A DNA stretch of 64,000 nucleotides from an uncultured virus (IMG/VR IMGVR_UViG_3300048580_000371) (Duplodnaviria; Heunggongvirae; Uroviricota; Caudoviricetes), in IMG/VR virus record IMGVR_UViG_3300048580_000371. One strand, given 5' to 3'. The notes beneath the pieces were generated by a model. The model made no database searches and was not told the origin of the DNA. It saw only the letters and a list, made by a program, of their open reading frames with translations. Both the position numbers and the translations under genes were made by a program. Shown one piece after another: positions 1 through 8,090 of this stretch. The number at the start of each line of letters is the position of its first letter. The first letter of the stretch is position 1.

Positions 1-2
1 GG

Positions 3-134
3 CAAGCAGTCACGACACTCATGGATTCATCGCCAAATGCTGCTGCAAATAATTCAACTTCAATTATTGGTTCACCTCTATATAGTACTAATATTACTCG
101 TGGTAGCAGAAAACTTTTTGGAAATCGCAAATAA
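3..134 (+). CDS. 3' end of a hypothetical protein (partial)
   Basis: Open frame QAVTTLMDSSPNAAANN...KLFGNRK* running in from the window edge. Confidence 0.4.
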   Translation, partial: QAVTTLMDSSPNAAANNSTSIIGSPLYSTNITRGSRKLFGNRK

Positions 135-191
135 TTTCTTGACAAAATCTCCTATTATGTTATTATAAGGAATAATTTTAGGAGAACCATT

Positions 192-389
192 ATGGACGTT
201 GCTACTGTTATTTCCAACATTGAAAACACCATCAAGGGTAAGGAGCTTCTTCTTGCCGAGCTAAAGAAGCGTTCAACGCTTGGTGGGGATGGTGCATTTG
301 TAGCATCTGTTAGTTCTCGATTCATTGAACTTAATTTAACTGAGCTTCGTACTATTCTTGAACATCTACAAGCAATCGATAAGGAGTAA
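192..389 (+). CDS. hypothetical protein
   Basis: GGAG RBS; TTGACA...TATTAT promoter at 139-166. Confidence 0.6.
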   Translation: MDVATVISNIENTIKGKELLLAELKKRSTLGGDGAFVASVSSRFIELNLTELRTILEHLQAIDKE

Positions 390-394
390 AATTT

Positions 395-1588
395 ATGAAC
401 ATCGAACAAGTAAAAGCAATTCTCGCCAATCCAGAAAACTTTCCCATTTCGGAAATTTTCAATCTATTAACCATTGCATCTGAGCGATATTATAACGCAG
501 TAGATGAAACAGAAATCCTTATGACAGATGCTGAGTTTGATTCGCTTGAGCGTTTCGCTCGTGTTCAAGACCCTACTAATGCATATTTCGTTGGTGTTGG
601 TTCCACTGTAAGAACAGGTAAAACCAATCTTCCATATCCAATGGGTGGATTGGACCAGTCATTTGAAGGTGACACTGTAAAGTTCGTTGATAGCAATGGA
701 CTTCGTGATAAAGCTTTTACTATTGCACAAAAAATGGATGGCACTTCTGCGATGATTATTTATGACGCAGAAGGGAATCTTCAAATTGGGTTTTCAAGAG
801 GGGATTCACAATCAGGGGCTGATATTTTTCGCCACCTTTCCAAGATGAAGAACCTTCCACAAAAGATCAATTGCAAAACTCCACTTGTCATTCGGGCAGA
901 AGTGGAAGTGAAGGAAGAATGGTTCAAAGCCAATCAGCATATTCTTCTAAAGTCAGATGGGACTCCTTATGCCAATGCTCGCAATTATGTTGCGGGTAAG
1001 ATGAATGCCAGTGAATCCCCACAAATTTTTTATGATAATGTTGATATTATCGCCTACACCATTATCTCTCCAGAGATGGAATACAAGGATTATGAACTAA
1101 AATTTTTGAAGAGTCTTGGGTTCACAGTGCCAGAATATTTTGTGTTGGATGGGCGAGAAATGAATGACGATATTCTTTCCAAAATCCTAAAGGACTGGCA
1201 TGAAACTTCCCCATGGGCATTGGATGGTGTTGTTTACACTGTTAATGATCGTAATGTTCAGCGGGAGATGATTGAGAATAAAAATGAGTCATCATCTTTT
1301 AAACCTTGTTTTGCCAGAAAATTTAAAATTAACCAATATGGTTCCATCACTACAGTTCGGGATATTGAGTGGAATCTTTCAAAACATGGGCAGTTAAAGC
1401 CTGTATTGGTTTTTGACCCAATCCTATTGTCAGGAGCAACCTGCACTCGTGCCACAGCATTTAATGCTGAGTTTGTTTATAAGAATAAATTGGGACCAGG
1501 GGCGACCATTGTGGTTGTAAGAAGCGGCGAAGTTATACCATTCGTTACTAAAATTATCACTCCAATGCCTGAACAAAATATGGGCTAA
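395..1588 (+). CDS. ligA: NAD-dependent DNA ligase, N-terminal part (Ia, adenylation, OB fold)
   Basis: YY...MTDAEFD, KMDG adenylation motif, SRGD, RAEV, ARN, DGVV, AxKF, ATAFN, RSGEVIP. Confidence 0.92.
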   Translation: MNIEQVKAILANPENFPISEIFNLLTIASERYYNAVDETEILMTDAEFDSLERFARVQDPTNAYFVGVGSTVRTGKTNLPYPMGGLDQSFEGDTVKFVDSNGLRDKAFTIAQKMDGTSAMIIYDAEGNLQIGFSRGDSQSGADIFRHLSKMKNLPQKINCKTPLVIRAEVEVKEEWFKANQHILLKSDGTPYANARNYVAGKMNASESPQIFYDNVDIIAYTIISPEMEYKDYELKFLKSLGFTVPEYFVLDGREMNDDILSKILKDWHETSPWALDGVVYTVNDRNVQREMIENKNESSSFKPCFARKFKINQYGSITTVRDIEWNLSKHGQLKPVLVFDPILLSGATCTRATAFNAEFVYKNKLGPGATIVVVRSGEVIPFVTKIITPMPEQNMG

Positions 1589-2927
1589 AATGATTTGAAA
1601 AATTAGTTTTCAATTCAACGTCTAATATTTGTACTAAATTATTAAATTGGGTATAAGGGATTCTAAATAACTTATACCCATTTTCTATAGCATATTTATT
1701 TTTTATTTGGTCATTGCTTTTTCTTTTTTCAAAATTTTCCAATATTTTTTCATTGGAAATATTTCCAGTAAAATTTACTGGTTTAAAATGATGGGCACCA
1801 TCATATTCGATTAAACAATTAAATTGTGGTAGATAAAAATCATAACGAAATTTATTTTTGGGGGCATTATTATTTGTTAAATATAATGGTTTGTCAAAAC
1901 TAAAAGTTATATTGTTTTTATTTAAAAAATTAATAATTATTTGTTCTCCTTTTGATATTTTTTTAGAACAACGTGGACAACCACTACCTCGCATATGGTG
2001 TGTTGGTGTTTGTTCAAATTTTCCATGTTTTGGGCATATTATTTTAATTTTAGTATAACTATTAACATATTCCACCAATGAATAATTATATTTATTATTG
2101 TGTACTTCATTGGAAACTTTTAAAAATTGTTTCAAAGGTAATCGTAAAAATAATGAAGAATTTTCATGTTGACAATTTATACAACCAGCTCCATATAAAT
2201 GATCAGATGGTCTTTGTTCGAAATCACCATGTTTTGGGCATGTTATGATGACCTTTGTGAATGAACCAACATATTTAACTTTTGAATAAGTATAAAAATT
2301 ATTATGAAGCTTAGATGCTTTATTGATAAATTCAGCATTTGAACAATTTTTATTTTCATTGGCACAATCAGGACAGCCTTGTTTTTTTAAATGCCCATTT
2401 GGTGTTTGTTCAAAATCACCATGAATTGGACATGTTATTATGACTTTTAAACACGATTTGACATATTTAACTTTTGAATAATCATAAAAATTATTATGAA
2501 TTTTTGACGCTCGGTCAATAAAATCTGTGGATGTTTTTTTTAGGTTCGAACATTTTTTACAACCAAACCCAAGTAAATGGCTGCGAGGGATTTGTTCAAA
2601 ATCACCATGAATTGGGCAGATTATTGTGACTTTCTTACTTGATTTTTCATAATTTACTTTTGAATAAATATAAAAATTATTATGAAGTTTCGTTGCTTTG
2701 TTAATGAACTCTGTAGTGTTTGATTTGTCTCTGTCATTGAAACATTTTTTACAACCATTACCATTTAAATGGTTTGGTGGTGATTGTTCAAATTCCCCAT
2801 GGGTTGGACATATTATTTTAATTTTTGTTTTATTGTTGGTGTAATCGGTCAAAGAATAATCATATTTATTATTATGTTTTAATGCTGCTCGTTCTTTAAA
2901 TTCTGCGTTTGTTATTTTCTTTGTCAT
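1557..2927 (-). CDS. homing endonuclease with tandem CPxHG/CxxC zinc repeats and C-terminal Vsr/DUF559-like PD-(D/E)XK domain
   Basis: Five IICPxHGxFEQxPxxHLxGxGCxxC repeats; SKGE...YDFYL...IEYDGAHH...RIPY. Confidence 0.85.
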   Translation of the reverse strand: MTKKITNAEFKERAALKHNNKYDYSLTDYTNNKTKIKIICPTHGEFEQSPPNHLNGNGCKKCFNDRDKSNTTEFINKATKLHNNFYIYSKVNYEKSSKKVTIICPIHGDFEQIPRSHLLGFGCKKCSNLKKTSTDFIDRASKIHNNFYDYSKVKYVKSCLKVIITCPIHGDFEQTPNGHLKKQGCPDCANENKNCSNAEFINKASKLHNNFYTYSKVKYVGSFTKVIITCPKHGDFEQRPSDHLYGAGCINCQHENSSLFLRLPLKQFLKVSNEVHNNKYNYSLVEYVNSYTKIKIICPKHGKFEQTPTHHMRGSGCPRCSKKISKGEQIIINFLNKNNITFSFDKPLYLTNNNAPKNKFRYDFYLPQFNCLIEYDGAHHFKPVNFTGNISNEKILENFEKRKSNDQIKNKYAIENGYKLFRIPYTQFNNLVQILDVELKTNFSNHFSPYFVQALE

Positions 2928-2931
2928 GATA

Positions 2932-3126
2932 TTATTTACCCCCATCGATGGAATTTAATTCATTGAATATTTCTGTCTCTCTTTTTAGACTTTCATACCA
3001 ACGAGCAGAAAGAATATCACGTTTCAAATCGTGTTGGTCTAAATCAAAGAAATAATCCTTTGTTGTTTTAGTTTGTATTTTTAATAATTCAGTTAAAATT
3101 TGTTTTCTTATATTTTTATTTGACAT
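2932..3126 (-). CDS. hypothetical protein in ligase insertion
   Basis: GGAGG RBS before ATG at 3126; coupled to the endonuclease. Confidence 0.55.
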   Translation of the reverse strand: MSNKNIRKQILTELLKIQTKTTKDYFFDLDQHDLKRDILSARWYESLKRETEIFNELNSIDGGK

Positions 3127-3143
3127 AATAATGTCCTCCACAG

Positions 3144-3239
3144 TATAAATAGTTAGTTACAAGAGAAAAGTGGGTTGTTCCACAGTCCATTTTGGGTGAT
3201 ATGAGCGTATCATCCAAATCTCTTGTAATATTATTTATC
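3144..3239 (-). promoter_or_regulatory. structured endonuclease-leader element with convergent late-promoter motifs (divergent copy)
   Basis: TATAAATA (+, 3144) and GATAAATA (-, 3232-3239) flank stem TTACAAGAGA/TCTCTTGTAA enclosing two hairpins. Confidence 0.6.
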
Positions 3240-3259
3240 ATTTTATTCAAAAAGTGGGG

Positions 3260-3523
3260 TCAAATAGGTGAAAAATCTCGCTTTTTTAATTTATATTTTT
3301 CCCTACTTTTCTTATTAATTTCATCTTTATTTTTGTCATAATATCGTTTTGATATTTCGTTGCGATTTTTCGCAGGTTTAGTGTTGAATATTGTTTTTTG
3401 ACATTCAATGCAAACACCACCTCCTGTGTATCGTTCAGATATATGCCCATTTTTACAAGGTTTCCCTGTAAAATATTTTTCCAATAATAATTCTTGTGCT
3501 TGTTTTCTTGTGATGATTTCCAT
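3260..3523 (-). CDS. HNH-endonuclease-associated Zn domain protein (probable truncated endonuclease)
   Basis: YFTGKPCKNGHISERY...CIEC motif typical of N-termini of phage HNH proteins; no catalytic domain follows. Confidence 0.6.
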   Translation of the reverse strand: MEIITRKQAQELLLEKYFTGKPCKNGHISERYTGGGVCIECQKTIFNTKPAKNRNEISKRYYDKNKDEINKKSREKYKLKKRDFSPI

Positions 3524-3584
3524 TGACAATCCCTCGTTTGTTTGATATAACTATTTAGTATAATTATTTAGATGGAGTTAAAAA

Positions 3585-4385
3585 ATGACAACCACTTATG
3601 AACAAAAATATGATGCTTGGTTCCATTCACAGTTATCTCGATTCGGGAATTATCATTGGACTGATACTGGTGTTGATTTGGAACTTGATAATCCAGAAAA
3701 CAGCCCAGAAGTTGCAATCAAGCAGATGATTTCGTTTTTCGCCGGTATTGGGGCTGAATTTCTTTCTGAAAAAAGTTTTGAAACATTATATGGGCTTGGT
3801 TTTACCACCATTGAATCCATTATTAATTCTTCTCCTGATGAAATTGAAAAAGCTCTTGGTAGTAAAATTGGTCGTAAGGGAATGGAAAGTATTGCGTCCA
3901 AATTAAATCCAATTCCACTTTGGAAGTTATTGGGTTCATCTCCTGTATTTAAAAATGGGATAGGTCGTAGGAAGATGAAATTAATTTATGAACATCATGG
4001 GAAAATTTTAGGGCTTTCTATTGCAGAAATAAAGGCTGTGGGTGGCTTTGAAGAAAAAACAGCCACACAGGTATACAATGGTTTTGCAGAAGCAGCAGCC
4101 TTCTTAACCGCTATTGCGGGCAAGTATACAGAAGAAGTGGCTGTACAGAAGGGTTCGAGCCTAACTGGTAAAACATTCGTCTTCACAGGTTTCCGTGATA
4201 AGGAAGCAGAGTCCATCATTGAAAGTCATGGTGGTAAAATTGGTTCCAGTGTATCCAAGACAACAACATATCTGGTCACTAAAGAGAAAAACTCTACTTC
4301 ATCTAAAGCAGTCAAGGCACAAAGCATTGGTGTGACTGTGATTGGATCTGCAGAGTTGAATGATTTATTGGATGGATTAAAATAA
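3585..4385 (+). CDS. ligA: NAD-dependent DNA ligase, C-terminal part (HhH + BRCT)
   Basis: HhH-like GIG/GFEEKTA motifs; BRCT LTGKTFVFTGFR...GGKIGSSVSKTTTYLV...SSKAVKAQSIGV; own GGAG RBS. Confidence 0.88.
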   Translation: MTTTYEQKYDAWFHSQLSRFGNYHWTDTGVDLELDNPENSPEVAIKQMISFFAGIGAEFLSEKSFETLYGLGFTTIESIINSSPDEIEKALGSKIGRKGMESIASKLNPIPLWKLLGSSPVFKNGIGRRKMKLIYEHHGKILGLSIAEIKAVGGFEEKTATQVYNGFAEAAAFLTAIAGKYTEEVAVQKGSSLTGKTFVFTGFRDKEAESIIESHGGKIGSSVSKTTTYLVTKEKNSTSSKAVKAQSIGVTVIGSAELNDLLDGLK

Positions 4386-4396
4386 GGATAAAATAA

Positions 4397-4657
4397 ATGA
4401 CAGTTGATTTTTTAGTAAATGACTTGATTAAAATTTTTAAATCAGAACAAGAACCTTATGAAAAATTATCCAAAACATATAGTAATTATATTACTATGGT
4501 TTTAGGGATGGATGTTGCCAATTTTTTGAAATTCACCAGACAAACTATGTCATTAAATCTCCCTCTTAATTTGGAGTATATTCCAAATTGGAAAACTTTT
4601 ACAACAAAATATGAGGGTTTAGTGTTCGATGAATATGGACGATTTAGGAGTACTTGA
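4397..4657 (+). CDS. hypothetical protein
   Basis: ORF with AAGGA RBS. Confidence 0.55.
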   Translation: MTVDFLVNDLIKIFKSEQEPYEKLSKTYSNYITMVLGMDVANFLKFTRQTMSLNLPLNLEYIPNWKTFTTKYEGLVFDEYGRFRST

Positions 4658-4941
4658 TTTTGATGCCCTTAAAAATTTATTATGAAAACGACGAAGGTAA
4701 GCTACATTGTTTGAGTGGTCCTGCCAAAGTATGGGATGATGGAGATAGGGAATGGTATGTTGAAGGGAAATCGCATAGAATTGATGGACCGGCAATAGAA
4801 TATTTCACAACAAATGCTTTTGGTTTTTACCTTCATGATAAACATTATACTGTTAAAGAATGGGCTGAACAATTGGTGATACAAGGTTATAAGACCAAAG
4901 AAGAAGCTTTATTGTTGTATTTAAAGTGGGAAAAACGTTGA
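4654..4941 (+). CDS. HRxDGPA-repeat protein with LYLKW C-terminal helix
   Basis: LHCLSGPA, SHRIDGPA; ends EEALLLYLKWEKR. Confidence 0.7.
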   Translation: MILMPLKIYYENDEGKLHCLSGPAKVWDDGDREWYVEGKSHRIDGPAIEYFTTNAFGFYLHDKHYTVKEWAEQLVIQGYKTKEEALLLYLKWEKR

Positions 4942-4957
4942 TTTTCAAAATGGTGGC

Positions 4958-4986
4958 TTGACAACAGCACCAAATCCTGATACTAT
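4958..4986 (+). promoter_or_regulatory. sigma70-like early promoter
   Basis: TTGACA-17 bp-TACTAT. Confidence 0.7.
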
Positions 4987-5010
4987 TAATCATCAACAGG
5001 AGAAAACATC

Positions 5011-5202
5011 ATGAAGCCCACCGACATTATTGGTAAAGATTTTGATGAAACCCTTCGGGAAAAGATTGAAACGCATGTTATGAACATTGGATATGACGCT
5101 TTTAACGTGGTCATTGAAAATGGTTTGTTGTCTTTCACCAATCCGGGGCGTTTTAACGTCCAAGTGATAAATAATAAAGTTAGGAGGTACTGGGCTGGAT
5201 GA
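5011..5202 (+). CDS. hypothetical protein
   Basis: AGGAG RBS, downstream of promoter. Confidence 0.6.
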   Translation: MKPTDIIGKDFDETLREKIETHVMNIGYDAFNVVIENGLLSFTNPGRFNVQVINNKVRRYWAG

Positions 5203-5813
5203 AAGTTAAAAAGAGTGTACACCAAGAAATTATTGAGAAGTATCCATATCTAATGATATTATCCAAGACACGTTCTGACGTTTATTATGGTGACGGGGCA
5301 TCTTGGTTTGTACAAGCCAAGATGAAACGTGATTTTGGAGAGAATGGGTATCAAGTATTTTCCAATGGTAAACACCCACTTCATCGCCAAGCCAGTTCTG
5401 CAGTTATTGACAAAATGCCAGAATTAAAAGGGCATATATTGGGGTTCGCAGTAAGGTCAGATGTTTTGCGTTTTAAATTGGCAATTAGTAATTATATTAG
5501 AATTAAAAATTACAAAAGTACCTTTATTATTGTAAATCAAAATGTTTTATTTGAAATAAATGAATTACAAAAACTTTGGGTTGAATATAAAATTGAAACC
5601 AGTAAAACAACACCCATTGAAAAATGGATGAATGAATTTAGTGCATTTCAATATAAACATAAGTTGAATGATAAAACATCCATTGAATTTTTTGATAGTA
5701 TTAAATCTCAATTTTGTGATTATAAAAAAATATTAGAAGGTGGTAAGGGTGATATTTTTTATAAAAAATTAGAAGAATTTACCGAAACGTTAAAAGGACA
5801 AAGTAAAGATTGA
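5199..5813 (+). CDS. hypothetical protein with internal FKL-motif domain
   Basis: Internal GFAVRSDVLRFKLAI resembles the family motif. Confidence 0.6.
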   Translation: MKVKKSVHQEIIEKYPYLMILSKTRSDVYYGDGASWFVQAKMKRDFGENGYQVFSNGKHPLHRQASSAVIDKMPELKGHILGFAVRSDVLRFKLAISNYIRIKNYKSTFIIVNQNVLFEINELQKLWVEYKIETSKTTPIEKWMNEFSAFQYKHKLNDKTSIEFFDSIKSQFCDYKKILEGGKGDIFYKKLEEFTETLKGQSKD

Positions 5814-6049
5814 TAAAATATAAATATAACCCAGAAGAAATATTAGCAGAACGTTTTTTTAATCTGAAAACAGTACTGATATTTTTTATTTTATGGATAA
5901 TTATATTTGCCACAGTTATAGGAATAACTAATTATACAAAAATAAATTATATTATTGACATTAAACTGCAGTGTGATTCGTTGGGCATACCATTGGATGA
6001 ATGTGAAAAAATATGGGAAGCCAATCCACCATTAGTAACTCCACCATAA
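5810..6049 (+). CDS. hypothetical membrane protein
   Basis: One hydrophobic segment. Confidence 0.5.
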   Translation: MIKYKYNPEEILAERFFNLKTVLIFFILWIIIFATVIGITNYTKINYIIDIKLQCDSLGIPLDECEKIWEANPPLVTPP

Positions 6050-6063
6050 AAGAAAGGTGAAAT

Positions 6064-6327
6064 ATGAGGCATCCATTTGAAGAAACCATTATTGGATTAA
6101 CTGGTTTACCACCATTTCATAATTATGCAGGTGATTATTGGGATGCAATAGTTAGCGTTGAAAAACTATCAAAGGTTGGCATTCATATGAAAATTGATTA
6201 TGAAGAAATTTTTGATATGTGTTTTTATTTTGGTGAGACTGCTGTTGGGAAATGGTGTGTTATTGGTAGTGACGTTTATTTTGAAAAATCAGAAGATGCT
6301 ATAATGTTTAGATTGAAATTCGCTTGA
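6064..6327 (+). CDS. FKLRW-motif family protein
   Basis: ends YFEKSEDAIMFRLKFA. Confidence 0.75.
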   Translation: MRHPFEETIIGLTGLPPFHNYAGDYWDAIVSVEKLSKVGIHMKIDYEEIFDMCFYFGETAVGKWCVIGSDVYFEKSEDAIMFRLKFA

Positions 6328-6352
6328 CAATTTTTAAAAATCACCCTATGCT
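6324..6352 (+). promoter_or_regulatory. sigma70-like promoter
   Basis: TTGACA-17 bp-TATGCT. Confidence 0.6.
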
Positions 6353-6364
6353 AAAATTTCAACA

Positions 6365-6652
6365 TTGAAAGGGTTTGTTGTGAAAATCAAATCAAAGTAT
6401 CCTTGGAAAAGCACAGAACTTTATAGAAACTGTTGGAAGATATATTTTTTGGAAGTTGGTTGGTTAACTTTTGTGGCAACATCAACCCAAGACAGTGATG
6501 ATGGAGAAATCCTTATCAATGAGGTGAAGATTTTTGATCAACTTAAATTTTTTAATCCACCCATTACCTTTAGTGAATTGGACGAAAAAGTTGATATGGC
6601 AATGGATGTAATTTTTTCAGAATGGTTGACGATGAAAAGTAAAAATATTTAA
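6365..6652 (+). CDS. hypothetical protein
   Basis: ORF downstream of promoter. Confidence 0.55.
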   Translation: MKGFVVKIKSKYPWKSTELYRNCWKIYFLEVGWLTFVATSTQDSDDGEILINEVKIFDQLKFFNPPITFSELDEKVDMAMDVIFSEWLTMKSKNI

Positions 6653-6660
6653 AAAAGATG

Positions 6661-6689
6661 TTGCAATGGTGATAAATATCTGGTAGTAT
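6661..6689 (+). promoter_or_regulatory. sigma70-like promoter P1 of ncRNA island
   Basis: TTGCAA-17 bp-TAGTAT; shares ATCTGGTAGTATGATTATATTGAATGA with P2. Confidence 0.7.
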
Positions 6690-6931
6690 GATTATATTGA
6701 ATGAGAGAGAAAGTGAAGTTTAGAAATCTGGTTCTTGTCTAACTATAGCGACCACGACAAGGTTATTGAGGTGATGGTCCGAAGCCTCTTCCGATTCAAT
6801 TTATTAGTTAAATCCCCAATGTCCTTGGGTTCTGTGATGAACAGGTAAAACAGGTTTTGTCCGCAGGTGGGAATGGGGAACTGATATAATCTTTTAGCAT
6901 TTTTAACTCCAATATCAGTTCCCCAAAGACG

Positions 6932-7049
6932 TTTAGGTATTTTTAAAGACGAAGGTTGTCAAAGACGTTCCTTTTGGTTTGGATTTTTCATCTTTCCCTT
7001 GTGGATAGATTAGCTCAAAAATAGAGCGTCGTCTTTAAAAATATCTAAA
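6932..7049 (+). ncRNA. circularly permuted tRNA-like RNA
   Basis: 21-bp closing stem; inside: AGGTT, degenerate T-arm, looped acceptor-like stem ATCTTTCC/GGATAGAT, TA, D-arm GCTC-AAAAATA-GAGC, G. Confidence 0.5.
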
Positions 7050-7059
7050 TAGAATGACG

Positions 7060-7236
7060 TTTTTATTTTTAACGATGGTTGTAAGATCAATAGTAGAGAG
7101 TGTCGCCCCTCGTAAAGTCGCAAGACTTTCCCGTAAAGGACGGTTCAATGCTGGGGCATATAGGTGGAATTATCCCATTTTCCATCTTGACAGGGCTGAA
7201 GGTGCAAGTCCTTCCGACTATCGTTAAAAATAAAAA
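7060..7236 (+). ncRNA. tRNA-like RNA with large structured insert in place of the anticodon loop
   Basis: 22-bp closing stem incl. acceptor ATGGTTG/CGACTAT, D-loop-like AATAGTA, stem TGTCG/TGACA, T-arm GAAGG-TGCAAGT-CCTTC. Confidence 0.55.
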
Positions 7237-7251
7237 AGTTTAAAAAAGTAG

Positions 7252-7280
7252 TTGACAACGTTTTAAAAATCTGGTAGTAT
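7252..7280 (+). promoter_or_regulatory. sigma70-like promoter P2 of the large RNA
   Basis: TTGACA-17 bp-TAGTAT preceded by A-tracts. Confidence 0.8.
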
Positions 7281-7315
7281 GATTATATTGAATGACACAA
7301 CAAGGAGTGAATGAA

Positions 7316-7411
7316 ATGTTTAGTTTTCTTATGTCTCGTGTAGACGCAGCTTGGGTGATGTTTGTTTCCAATGTTACCCCTGTTCTTGTGGCAGTAACGA
7401 GTTTGTTTTAA
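7316..7411 (+). CDS. possible 31-aa hydrophobic leader peptide
   Basis: AAGGAG at 7302-7307, 8 nt to ATG; MFSFLMSRVDAAWVMFVSNVTPVLVAVTSLF*. Confidence 0.35.
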   Translation: MFSFLMSRVDAAWVMFVSNVTPVLVAVTSLF

Positions 7412-8019
7412 AAGTTAAAAACCGAGGAGCAGGTAGCACTCAGAAGCCCAGGAAATCATATGTTTGGAGACAGTGCGAATCCGGTAAGCATATGACGGTC
7501 TGGCTCGTCCGGAACAAGCCTCGAACCGGGTGGAGGAACGATATCCTCCAAATTAAGGCGCAGGAGTCTTCCGCCTAAATCCGAAGGCACCATCCCGCAA
7601 GGGAGCCAACGAGAATACCACGTAGTAGTGAGAATCGTGGGGCTAAAGTCGACTTCACTCCCCAGGCAGGTGTGCAACACCGTAAGCCCTACAGGATTTG
7701 TTTGTATGAAGCACGAGCGCTGGCTGTGAGTCCCAACGTTGAAATGGACGACACTCAGTAGTAAGATGGGGTAGATGCGTTGTATACCTTCTTAGGGTTC
7801 GCTCCTAAGACTTCACAATTCAGCAGGTGTAACACCGTAAGTCTGATAAAATTTTGGATAACTGGTTGGAGGAACCAGTCGCTACAAAAAACCTCCATAG
7901 GCAAGGTCTCGATTGTGAGCGACTCTGAGGAGGCGAGTTCAAGGTGGGATCGGTTGTGGCGGCGGGTAAATGGAAACATGGGGGCCAGCACAACGTAGTA
8001 GAGATTTGTAGTTTGGTGT

Positions 8020-8090
8020 GTTGATGGTGGCTGACGGAAGACGCCCTGCCCTGACCGGGTGAGATATTGGTTCAATTCCAATCTTCAACT
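8020..8090 (+). tRNA. degenerate tRNA-like module embedded in the large RNA (loop CCCTGAC, nominal CUG)
   Basis: Acceptor GTTGATG/CTTCAAC, canonical T-arm ATTGG-TTCAATT-CCAAT; weak D-arm, no U33, no CCA. Confidence 0.35.

Noticed and set aside
1589..3584. Self-splicing intron or intein in ligA
   Set aside because: No group I core or intein termini recognisable; the insert is filled by antisense ORFs and the second half has its own RBS.
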